Below are positions 15,201-26,669 of a stretch of 64,000 bases of DNA, piece after piece (position 1 is the first letter of the stretch; every line of letters starts with the position of its first letter). Under the pieces are notes generated by a model. That model was not told the DNA's origin, did no database searches, and was given only the letters and a program-made list of their open reading frames with translations. The DNA is from Saccostrea echinata (Eukaryota): positions 26,164,001 through 26,228,000 of the forward strand of contig NW_026889751.1 in NCBI RefSeq assembly GCF_033153115.1, given 5' to 3'. The position numbers were made by a program, and so were the translations under genes.

Positions 15201-18200
15201 TACAGATCAAGTTTGCATTTCGTTCCGCTTCATTGATTTTTGACGGAATTACGACCTTTTCAATTTTTACGGGTTTTCCGCAATTTTCTTCTAAACGCTT
15301 GTAGATATTGAGCTGATTTTTGGTGTGTAGCTTTACCTTGATTAGTTATAGATCAAGTTTGCATTTCGTCCTGCTTCATTAATTTTTGACGGAATTATGG
15401 CATTTTCAATTTTTAACGGGAACGGAACCAGATTACACTTGCCGGTAGGGGACTATTATTGCTAATGCAATACTCTCAGAATGCTTGTTTACAAAGCTGT
15501 TTTTTTTTTTACATGAGCCATACCTGTACATTGTATTAACAGCTAAATAATGAGCTCTGCAGACATTGGAAGAATATGTACAAACAATTATAAAAATAAT
15601 AATAACTAGAACCTTGTTGCCATGGCAACAAGAAGGTCTTCCGTCCCTTCTTTGTCATAAGAGAAGTTGCTTTCTCACTAAACAATATTTGTTATGTTTT
15701 ACATTCCCTTTGACACCTTCACACATAAAATATGATTAAACGTTTATATTGTGAAAATTTATTTTTAGTAACCATATAGCAAAACCGTTCATTGAAATCA
15801 AGAACCGATAAGCAGAATTATGTCTCTTTGTGTAGTGTACATATTTGCCAAGTTTTACTGAAATCAGACCAAAACTGTAGGAGGAGTAGCGTTTGAAAGT
15901 ATTTCACAGAAATTTCTATTTTTAGTAACCATGGCAACATCGTTCATGAAAATCGAAAACCGATAAATAGAATTATGTTTCTTAGTGTAGTCTACTTGTG
16001 TGCCAAGTTATACCAAAATCAGAGTAAAACTGTAGGAGTAGTGTTTCGGAAGTATATCACAGAAATTTCTATTTTTCGTCACCATGACGACACCGTTCAT
16101 CGAAATCAAAAACCGTTAGACAGAATTATGTATCTTAATGTAGTCTACTTTGTGCCAAGTTATATTTAAATCAGACGAAAACTGTAGGAGGAGTAGCATT
16201 TTGAAAAATCGTTTAGAGACAGACAGACGGACGACTGACACCTTATTATCGCATATGCTCTTCTGTCTCTCCGAGTCAGCACCACTCACACATAAGAAAC
16301 TGATTGACAATTCACTGATGTATTTCGTGAAAGCATATTTTTTTCACATAATGTTCGAGTAGTTTTATTTTGTAAATACACTGTTTATCATTAATTGACA
16401 ATACCTTTTATGCTTAGCCGCTTTGAGCTCTTAATTATGATGGATCTTGCTCTAAACTAAATGTCATTAAGTTCTTTTTCTCATTTGAAATTGCTTTATG
16501 TAATTCTATTAATAATCATCATGAGAAAATAATAAATTCTACAAAAAACAAGTTGGCAAGTCTTCAATTTGTGATACAATTGCATATGTACCTAGCTACA
16601 TATACATGTGTACCTCATTTATATATATCACAACTGCATATACATGTATGCATTAGTGCAAATGTCAACTGCAAACACTTTATGAAGGACTAAAAAGACA
16701 CGCCGTTAATGTGACGTCAAACACCGCTGCTCTGATGTCGAAGGACATAGCCCCCCGCCCCCCATTTAAGAAAAAAATTATATTTTGGGCCCCCGAAAAG
16801 TGAGTAAACACTCGGACATCCTGGGGATTGAATCCTGGTCGCCTGCGTGAAAATTCAACGCACTTACCATTACGCTATCGAAGACCATCGCTTAAAATTG
16901 AAAAATGATAAATATTTAGAGTCTGGGTTAATCAATTTTTTAATAAATTACATAATTAGCATTCTGGTAAGACCCTCTGTTAAACCTGTAAATATCATAG
17001 AAAAATAATGAAAAACAAAAAAGTTCAAAAAATTGCCTTTTTTAAATCACTTCCTGTGACGACCGGAAGTGGCGACGACACACGAAATGTTTCGATCACA
17101 CATCTAGAAACGACATTCTATCATACCTGAAAGTTTCAGACTCCTACCTTTAACAGTTTCTGAGAACATTCACGGACTAGATTTTTAGTGTAAAAAGTGA
17201 AAAATCGTAATAATTCCTGACCGGAAGTAATTTTTTCCAAACTTTTTCAATATTTCAAAATGGCATGAGATAATACATCATTCCTGAAAATTTGGCTGAA
17301 AATGATTGAGTAGTTTTTGAGATATCGCGATTTGAAAAGGTCAGAAAAATAAAAATGAAAAATAATAATAATAATAATAATAATAAGAAACAGTAGAATC
17401 ACTATAAGGTCTTCCGTGAAGACGGAAGACCTTAATAAAAATAAGGGTTCAATGACATCTTTACTTATTTGAAAAAATTGTTAAAAATCTTATGTAAAAT
17501 TGATTTTAAAATATCAAAATAAATGATAAACCAATTAGTTTTTGGGACCTAAAACCACACTCCGAATTTATCAGGGTCAGAGTCATATGTATCTGGTTCC
17601 CTCTCCTGCTTTTCTCCATCTTTGTAGAGAACTAGGCTACGACAACATTGACTATTAAAAAACATTACGCAGATGAACTATGGTGTTTGACTTTGGACTG
17701 AAGTTTTCAAAGTCATTACTACTGATGTTTATTTGTATAGATAAAACTTCGTTTCATTTTTGTTGCTTTATTTAGCATTTGTATTATCTTAAAAGTGGTT
17801 GAGAGTAAGTACTATATTTTTACACGTAACTTTAATTTGGCGACTATGGGGTCAACACTTCCTGCATTGAACAGGCTGACAATAGCCGGCAATTGCTCTT
17901 TGAGCAATAAGCCCGGCTAAAAATGGCAATGAATAGAAAAATTCTCCTTGCCACATTTTATTTCGTAATTTTTCGCCTAAAAAACTAAAGGTCTTTTTTC
18001 TTTTGGTTTTTGGGAATTTGCTTTATACAATATCTGCAATTAAAGAGATATTTAACATGTATTCAAAGATGGCATTTGATTATTTAAGGTGATGATAACA
18101 GGGCCCTCTGACACTCCATATGAAAATGGCTGCTTTGAGTTTGATGTTTATTTCCCTCCAGACTATCCCACATCTCCACCTCTAATTAATCTGGAGACCA

Positions 18201-19700
18201 CAGGGAACCATACGATAAGATTCAACCCAAATCTCTATAATGATGGAAAGGTCAGTCTCATTCAAGTTGTGTGCTAAGAAAGTTAAAGAGATTATTGGTC
18301 ATACATGTATGAAAATGTAGCCCACATGCATTTAACATCAAAAGAGTATTTGCCAAAATGTAAATGAAATTCACACTATGAAATTCACACTTCACATTAA
18401 TTTCGATATGAGAAATTCATGTTATGTGAAATTTATTTGCCACATTTGGCTACATATAAATATTCATTTTGCTTTGTTTTTTTTATATATCAAAATCTTG
18501 GCGATGACATTTTTCAATATATTTTTCAATATGCATGTATTTTTTACCTGTATATTGGAATATGTGTTTTGTAGGTGTGCTTAAGTGTGCTAAACACATG
18601 GCATGGTAGACCAGAAGAAAAATGGAATGCTCAAACTTCAAGTTTTCTACAGGTATATACAATGAACATTAAGAATGTTAAATTGAGTGTAGACATATCA
18701 AATGAGCAGAACACTAATTCATTTGTAATACATGTTGATGTTCTAGAGTTCACCTTTATTATCTATTTTACATTTACAGGTGTTGGTGTCTATACAGTCC
18801 TTGATTCTAGTGTCAGAACCTTACTTTAATGAGCCAGGATACGAACGATCAAGAGGTACCCCATCCGGTACAGCAAGTTCCCGAGAGTATGACGCCAACA
18901 TCCGACAAGCCACTGTTAAGTGGGCCATGTTAGAACAAATCAAGAACCCCACTCCCTGCTTTAGAGAGGTCATTCACAAACACTTCTGGCTGAAGAGACA
19001 CGAAGTGTTAAAGCAATGTGAAAACTGGATAGCAGAAATGGAGTCTTACAGCAACGATAAAAGGACAGGAAGGACGATAGCTCACAGTACACTAGCACTT
19101 AAAGTGAGAACTTCATTTTTATAAGACAGTTTAAGTACTGTAGCAGTTAAAAAGAGAACTTCATATTTTTGGAGTAAATGTTTTCCATAACTCTTGCATT
19201 GAATACTGTGCTTTCATTTTTCTTTAAGCACCAATTTTTGTTGTTTTCGTGGTCTCCATGAATTTACACATGGATTGAAAAAAAGAAATTTAATTCCCAC
19301 AAAAATTAAAACCATTTTAATTTAGACATGGACATCAAAATTAGCCAAATTTTCATATTTATTACTCAAAAACATTTATTGTTCCTAAATTTCTTATGCA
19401 TTTAATGAGTCGTTGATTTCATTTTTATGGGCATTGGTAATGAAATCCATTAATAAAATTTTTGTTTTATTTTTTTAATCACAGCGACACTATAACCAAT
19501 TACGAGAAGAGATTGCCAAAATGAAGCCACCAGAGGGGTTAGAGGACGAAGAGGGGGGAGAGACCATCGATCCCCAGGGGGTTCATTTCTCTACAGACTC
19601 TGCCTTGTCGTCGGCAATGAACAACTCGCAAATGGGTGCGATAGAAAACTTAATCACAGACTCTAATTCCAATTCTGTCTTAGAGGATGGATTTTGCTAG
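225..19700 (+). CDS. BIRC6: Baculoviral IAP repeat-containing protein 6 (BRUCE/Apollon), 3' portion including the C-terminal UBC (E2) domain; 5' end lies upstream of the window
   Basis: Approximate exons: 225-468, 704-871, 1249-~1495, ~2390-2620, 2789-2937, 3075-3503, 3603-3730, 3815-4732, 4978-5148, ~5317-5517, 5783-6059, 6632-6881, ~7000-7112, ~7232-7453, 7951-8537, 8752-8946, 9173-9320, 9485-9723, 9862-9978, 10141-10304, 10596-10733, 11041-11291, 11430-11627, 12053-12267, 12695-12895, 13299-13657, 13849-13984, 14129-14233, 14559-14773, 18089-18250, 18575-18652, 18780-19103, 19485-19700 (TAG). BIRC6-type motifs: [83 protein letters not shown] (catalytic Cys), [16 protein letters not shown]. 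Confidence 0.95.
6308..6524. mobile_element. MITE with TA target duplication, in a BIRC6 intron
   Basis: TA|CTGTAGATTCCTAAATATACGCGAG ... CTCGCGTAAAATAAAGAATCTACAG|TA; imperfect TIRs of ~25 bp; CpG-rich interior in AT-rich surroundings. Confidence 0.8.
6529..6604. repeat. Short fold-back (hairpin) element remnant
   Basis: TCTTTCTATTTGACCACCT pairs with AGGTGGTCAAATAGAAAGA; the element begins CACAGG. Confidence 0.65.
15008..15490 (+). mobile_element. HINE (DINE-1-like) element nested in the outer element
   Basis: subTIR TAGTCCCCTACCGG / CCGGTAGGGGACTA (15442-15455); (GTCY)n microsatellite ~15060-15120; two ~145-bp central repeats; inserted in a T-rich site. Confidence 0.8.
15603..17436 (-). 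mobile_element. Second nested HINE-like element with ~125-bp tandem repeats
   Basis: subTIR AAGGTCTTCCGTC (15633-15645) / GACGGAAGACCTT (17421-17433); perfect 20-bp palindrome CTTGTTGCCATGGCAACAAG at 15613-15632; (AAT)n at 17361-17385; ~125-bp tandem units at ~15755-16205. Confidence 0.75.
16813..16884 (-). pseudogene. Degenerate tRNA-Asp-like sequence (tRNA-derived segment)
   Basis: Minus strand TCTTCGATAGCGTAATGGTAAG...TCACGCAGGCGACCAGGATTCAATCCCC resembles eukaryotic tRNA-Asp, with A-box and B-box-like motifs; acceptor and anticodon stems are broken. Confidence 0.55.
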
Positions 19701-20959
19701 CATACATGTATGAAATATGATATCGATATAATGAATTCCAGTTTATAAAGTGACAGCATGGATTTTCACCACTGTGACTATGATTTGGATGGAGGCTGTG
19801 TAATATGGAACAGCTAGTCATAATACAGATTATCTAGACAGTGCTAGCGGCTCTCCTAGGAGCTGTTTGTTCTTGTGATATGCTGAAATTGTGATATTTG
19901 TGACAGAATAAGTCTTGTTATAGTTTTTTTTTGTGTGTGTGTAAATTGTAAGGAACTTGATGCAGTGAGTGCTTGTATGTATTGTGAAAGGAATTTCTTG
20001 GAATCTGGAGCACAGTACTTCAGAGCATATTCACATGGGGAGAGAATTTTGAATTTTTTACCCAATTATTGCATTAAAAAGTTCCGCTATTCCTTTTAGC
20101 TTTTAAGAATCTTCAAATGATATGAAAACCCTGGGGTTTATATGCATTGCTATTTTAATTTAATGTACATGTATGAAGATTGTGACGTATGTGTTACAGA
20201 AAAATACATAAGATAAGCTATGGTATTTAATATTTGTTGATGTTAATATATGATAATATTAATATTGGCAGCATCAGATTGTTACTTTATTCCAGTTTTC
20301 ATGATGTCAATTTATTTATTTCCCTGTGTGTATAAACCAAATGGTCTAACTGTTTATACTTGTACATGATACTACACTATAAGTCATGGAAACATATTGA
20401 AGAGAACTTATAGAAAAGAAATCCGTACATGTATATGGATGAAAAAATATAAAGACGATGCTTTATCTCGGTATGGGACAAAGTTACTGGCTGCATTAGT
20501 TGAATGCGGAATAGTGTGCTCCCCATTGCAGAATTGACTCTTTGACATATTGTAGCTGTTAATGGCTTTCTCTAATGAATTATTCTATAAATATATGTCC
20601 AATTTTTGGAAATTCTATTCTTAATTGTTCTGTCAATTGCAGGTGTTCACAAAAATCATCAAATTTGAATAAATAAAAGATACTTTATATTTTCTTGTTG
20701 TCTTGGGAAAGTCAGCCTGATCAGGATTCTTTTTGGATTAGTTTCAAATTGCATCTATAGGGATGTGAAAAAAACAAGATGCTACTCGCATGTCATTGTT
20801 TGTCTATAAATATACTCTTCTTTGTACCTGATTAACTAACAAAGAAGCCAAATAGTTATTCCATAATATATATAAATATTGTAAGGCCCTTTATTGGTTT
20901 CCAGGTTGAAAATATCAATTCCGAAACCTTTGCTCAATTACAGGACACAAAGATGAGGT

Positions 20960-21258
20960 TACCTGAGTTTACTCTGGAACCACTGAACCAATTTCAACCA
21001 AATTTGGCATATAGCATCTATTGGTGAAGGGGAGTAAAAATTGTGAAAATAATGACCCCTACCCCCCCCCCCCCCCCGGGGCCTGTGGGGTGGGGCTAAA
21101 TCCATCAAAATTAATACAATCTTTAAAAATCTTCTTCTTTACTCCTGGATATTAAGCAGGCAAACTGTTGGCATGATTGTAATAAGCATTGAGGGCTCTA
21201 CCTAAATTCTGAAATTTATGTTCAGGGGTTCTGGTGTTAGGGCGGAGCTCTGTTGAAT

Positions 21259-21297
<39 letters not shown>

Positions 21298-21590
21298 CCT
21301 GATACAGGGCAAACTAACTGAATGCATAGTTATGATGAGTAAGGATGCCTCTTCCTATATTGTGAATTTCATGGCCCCTTGGTCAGGGGTTCTGGTGTTA
21401 GGACAGGGCTTTAATGATTACATAGTAAAAATGCAATAATTCTTTGACAATCTTCTTTTCTCCTGGGTATTAAACCGATGAACTAAGAGTATAATAATGA
21501 CGAGTAAGGATGCCTCTTCCAAAATTGTGAAATTCATGACCCCAGGGTCAGGGGTTCTGGTGTTAGGGCGGGGCTCTGTTGAATACATGT

Positions 21591-21628
<38 letters not shown>

Positions 21629-21965
21629 TGATCCAGGGTATTTAGCAAACAAACTGAATGCACAGTAATGATGAGTAAGGGCGCCTCTTCCAAAATTTTG
21701 AATTTCATGGCCCCTTGGTCAGGGTTCTGGTATTGGGGCAGGGCTCTAATGATTACATAGTGAAAATGCATTAATTTTTTGATAATCCTCTGCTCTGCTT
21801 CTGGGTATTAAGTAAGCAAACTAAATGTAAAGTTATGATGAGCAAGTGTGCCTCTTTCGAAATTGTGAATATCATGGCCTCTGGTTAAAAACGTGATCCC
21901 AATTTAAGTGTGGCAAAGTTGTTATATGATACTCAGGTGACCTATAAGGCCCGAGGGCCTCTTCT
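20960..21965 (+). repeat. HINE-type element with a ~170-bp satellite array
   Basis: About 4-5 diverged units (TCAGGGGTTCTGGTGTTAGGGCGGGGCTCTG...GAAAATGCATTATTTCTTT); 3' end ACTCAGGTGACC-TATAAGGCCCGAGGGCCTCTT (subTIR plus stem-loop). Confidence 0.75.
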
Positions 21966-22009
21966 ATAATGTTTAATTAGTTCGTCTGCATTGAATCGCC
22001 TATACCTAG

Positions 22010-23895
22010 CCTTAACTCACTTAAGTACCTTTGGATTGATACATTCCTGTACCCCAAGGTGCATTAACTTTCTATATTTGGTGAGCCTACATGTATATGT
22101 CATAGTTCAAAATATATACAGTAAAAGATTTCAAAATGTTAAGCCACAACATTCAGACGTTTCAGTAGGTCACTGAAGCCTACTTCAAGGTCCACATATC
22201 GCAATGCCACAAAATGCATCAACTGACAATGTTTGATGATCCTAGATATCTTCATATCCAAAATGTTTAGTTAAAAAGTTCTGAAAATGAATCATGATAT
22301 AATTTAAAACGTATGTCATATTGACCTTTTTTTCTTTGACACACCTCGAAATCTTAAGTTGCATCAATTGACAAAATCTGAACCTAGGTTTCATAGTATC
22401 CAAATAATATATATAAAATACTGAAAATTAAAAGCTGTAAAAATTCAAAAAAGAAGCTCACTGAGACCTACTTTTGGTCAACATTATACGGCCCCAAGAT
22501 GCAACAGTAAAATTTGATGATCACAGGCTTCTTACTATTCAAAGTAAAACGATTTCACAACAAATAAAAGAGCAAATTTTAAAAAAAAAAAGATCACTGT
22601 GACGTAATTTTGGGTCAGCATATTTCAAGGTCCCACATCAAACAATTGACAAGGCTTGATGATCCTAGGTCTTTTAGTATCCAGGCTAAAAAGATTTGAC
22701 GATGAATATCGATTTTTAAAAATCCAAATGTAGGTCACTGTGTCCTACTTTTGGGTCAGTATACCGGTATTTCAAGGCCCATAGATGTATCAACTGTAAA
22801 TATTTGATGATCCTTGCCTCATAGTATACAAGATGAAACGATTTGACAACAAATAATGAGCAAATTCAAAAAAAAAAAAATAGTCCAGTGACTTTATTTT
22901 GGGTCAACATATTTCAAGGCCCCAAGACAAGGTTTTATGATCCTAGCTAGGCCTCTTAGCATCTTGGCTAAAAAGATTTGACAATTAATAATGACAATTC
23001 AAAATGTATGTCACCGTGACATTTTGAATTGAAACATCTCGAGGCACAAAGTGCATGTACATCAAACTATATAGGTTTGGTGACCTTAAAGGTCGTAGTG
23101 TTCAAATTATATAGGCTACAATATTTTATAATGATAGGCCGATCAAATTCAGAAATTAGGTAACTCTTTTTAGTTGACGCACTTCTATAGTACCCAAGGT
23201 GCGTCAACTGACAAAATTTGATGATTCTAAGCCTCCTAGTAACCTAAATATTGAGGTATAAATATGAAATTCCAAAAGTAGGTCACAGTGACCTACTCTT
23301 TTGAAAATGATGAGCCATAAACTTCAGAAATTAGGTCACAGTGACCTACTTTTGGCTGACATACTCCATGGCCCCATGATGCATCACCTAATAGTTTTGA
23401 TGATCATATGCTTAAAAATCTGTTAAAAAAATAAATGAATCAAAATCAATTTGAGAAAAGTAACATGAAGTTCCAAGATGCATCAACTGACAAGATTTGA
23501 TGATCCTAGTCCTCCTAGTGTGCAAAATAACCAAGTTCGAATAATAAAAAAAAAACTTTTTAGGTCAATATTAAAGTGACCTTGAGACCACGCCCTTTGC
23601 CCTATGGTGGTGCCTTGAACAATTTTTCAAACTACCATTGCATGTATATATCTTAACAACCACGCACTACTCTTCTTATTTCCCAAATTATTTCCCCTTG
23701 TTTAAACGCCATCCCTATTATTAGTATAAATGAAAGCCCTTGGCACAAAGATACTACTACTAGAATGTGAGAAATCTGATAAAAATTGGCCAAGGGGTTC
23801 TTGAGATATGATCCATATTCCAAAAAGTTTATGCGCACCGCACGCCAGGCCATAGCATTAGTTCTTTGAGCCTTCGGTTAAGAAGAGCCCAAAAT
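22010..23895 (-). repeat. Diverged ~120-bp tandem repeat array with a HINE-like terminus
   Basis: Recurrent GCATCAACTGACAAG-TTTGATGATCCTAG and AGGTCACAGTGACCTACTTTTGG at ~120-bp spacing; IR-type end near 23860-23893. Confidence 0.65.
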
Positions 23896-25592
23896 GCGAT
23901 AATCATGGCAATGACTTAAGGGGGGGGGGGGTTAAAAACAGCCTTTGGTTGGAGGGGTTTTATTCATATCTACTTCATTCATCTATAATAATAAATCACG
24001 TTAAATAATAATGTTATTGATAGGCCACTTAAACAAAAGATAGTTTTTAATGGTCGGGTAGACTTGGGGAAAAAAAAGATGTAACTATATATTAGACAAA
24101 AATACTATGTACATATATTTTGTAGTGTAAATGATTTTTCAAGACCAGGAGAAGCCAGTTAAAAGGGATGTCACTGGGTATATTCTTTGTACGCTATATA
24201 GTTCCATGCTGAAGCACCATTGATAGTGACAAATTGGAAGGTAAATGGCATGCTATACAGGCAAGTAAATTAATATACTTTCAGAATTGCTGCCCTTGGA
24301 TGCTGTCACATGATGTATCGCCTTCTTAACGCCTTAGCCAAACTGACCAATGGAAATGCAACAATTTTCAATTTGCCTGCTGGCGAGGTATTCATTTCAC
24401 ACTTAAACATCTAGTTTATCCGTCATGATCAATTGACTGCATTGGACAGTTACCACTTTTACACTAAATCTTGAATGGAATAATATTTTGAAAACTTTTC
24501 AGATCACAAGACTTACTATTTCGCTGATCCTTGATCGCGCTATTTTTCTTGTCTTTGGGCAACGTATCCGCCTCTTTCAGTTTATTTTGCTTTATTATGT
24601 AATTAATAAATATATGGATCCTTTACAGGGTTGTATTATACTCAGGTTAACGTTAAGACCCTTGGGCCTCTTGGTTTTTATTTCTTTTACCCCAAAAGAA
24701 ATCTTTCCGTAACTTCTTTTTAAACAGAATTTATGCTTCATTAAATTCTTTAATTTCAGACAGATAATGAATTTATTATATGAAATACCTACATTGAGAG
24801 ACCCATGAGCCACATACTCACGTGAGCATTTTATGTTCAGTTTGATTTACGTATATTTATGTAATTTATAGAATCTTCACTAGTTACCCATGTAAGAAAG
24901 AGAGTACATTTAGAGGCAAACACGTGAGGGCGTTACTGTCTTATGACATCATCTTGTTGATAATTGATTTTTCCCATACAGTATGGAATACATGCTTAAT
25001 TAGCTATTTTAAACAAAAATCAAATATAACCCGTTTTACCAACAAAGCCCCAAAAGAAAATCAGAAAGATCCAAAAGTCAGATAAATATGTCAACTAAAT
25101 TAAGATATTGATATCAGCTGCTCCTTTCAATACATAAACGAACTGATTACAAGATGTCACATGCAAATTCACTTCCATACGTCAGTCCAATGTATATTAC
25201 GAATGTTAATACGGATTCAAATTTGTTGTGATTCTTCAAGAAGAAAAAAAAATAGGTGAATGATTTTTGGGGTAACTTTAATAAATCTGAATTTTTCTGA
25301 TAGTTATAATAAACAAATGCCACAATTTCAGTTTCAATAGCGTTATCTATAGTCTTCGTATAATTTTGGTGGATTCAACATCAATCTAATTTGAATCTAA
25401 AATGTATATCTTTTTCATTGAATATTAGCCAGTTTTAAAGACATGTATGAAGAAAAACGTGTAAATTTTATTGAAGACATATATAATACATGTATATTTA
25501 TTTTACAATGGGGGGTTAGTACTAAGACTTTGCTCATGTTTTATCTACAACCTCAAATTCGTACCAGGTAATATGGAATAGGGGTGCAAAAT

Positions 25593-25680
25593 CACAGGCA
25601 CTTGTTTCGGTAATAAATTTTTAACCCATAGTATAATTATACTATGGGTTAAAAATTTATTACCGAAACAAGTGCCTGTG
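25593..25680. mobile_element. Perfect 88-bp palindromic mini-transposon with an 8-bp TSD
   Basis: Two 44-bp arms with no spacer (CACAGGCACTTG...CATAGTATAA|TTATACTATG...CAAGTGCCTGTG); TGCAAAAT on both flanks (25585-25592 and 25681-25688). Confidence 0.9.
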
Positions 25681-26669
25681 TGCAAAATCTGTACAACAAA
25701 AGACTAGTCATATAATTTAATTTTGAGTATCCACTACTAAAGACTATGATTTTATATCTTTTTTAATTATCAAAAACCTACTCCGCGTTTTACAAATTCA
25801 AATGAGAAAAAGTTTGTAATTTTCATATCGACAAAATTTTCATAATTATAAGTAAGGAAACTTTTTTTTTTTTTTAGCTCAAATGAATTATTGCTTCGAT
25901 CAAGCGAGATATTTGTATACACTTTTCTGAAGAACACTGCATTTGATGTCTGTTAACTCTCTGCTGAAAACAAGAACATTTGTACTAGGAAAATGAAGGG
26001 ACAATAAAGTGTATTATAGCAAGCTTATTTTTTTACGCATCACATTAACCCTTTGATGTTTTTTTTTCTTTCTTTTTTTAAGGATCTCTTTTTACATAAA
26101 GGGTTGCGACTTAACATACCTCGCTGATATATCTTCAAGATAATTTATCAAAGATGATACTCTAAGTAAAATCATTTATTGATGAATTTGTCCGAGTACT
26201 TGTCGATCGACAAATAGAGTTGGGATCGACGTTTTCCTATCGCTGTATACATTTTGGCGCTCAGCAGTGTGAAACTGACCATAAAAGTCGATTTTTTCCC
26301 GTTGTTCAGCTAATTTTTTCCGATTATCTAACATCTGTTTCAAATATCACAAAGTTTTAATTGATCAACCTTCAAGCGCCCCTCGACATCAACGACTTAT
26401 ACTAATACCTAATTCATTTGTACTCCAGGCGACAGAGCAGCAAGGATGTCTTCTTGTAACTCCGGCTAAAGGTATGAAAAAATTATCGACTCACTTCAAA
26501 AAAACAAGTGCGTCTTCAATTTTGTCTTTAAAATCTACCTTTCCTTCCAGTTCTACTTCTGCTTGGTCGGCATCGTTACACAATATTCCATCAAGCCAAA
26601 TCAGTGATTATTTTGGGTCTTCAACTTCATCTACTTCACAGAACTTAAGTTTACTAGGTGATTCCATTA

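Larger units (their letters stand above)
14978..17922 (-). mobile_element. Outer HINE/Helentron-like non-autonomous element hosting nested insertions
   Basis: Subterminal inverted repeat AGCCGGGCTTATT (14999-15011) / AATAAGCCCGGCT (17906-17918); terminal stem-loop GTACTTAGGAGTAC at 14981; IR-forming 5' end at 17884-17918; A/T-run flanks. Confidence 0.65.

Noticed and set aside
22010-23600. Regularly spaced repeats as a CRISPR-like array
   Set aside because: Eukaryotic context; whole units are diverged tandem copies with no unique spacers and no cas genes.
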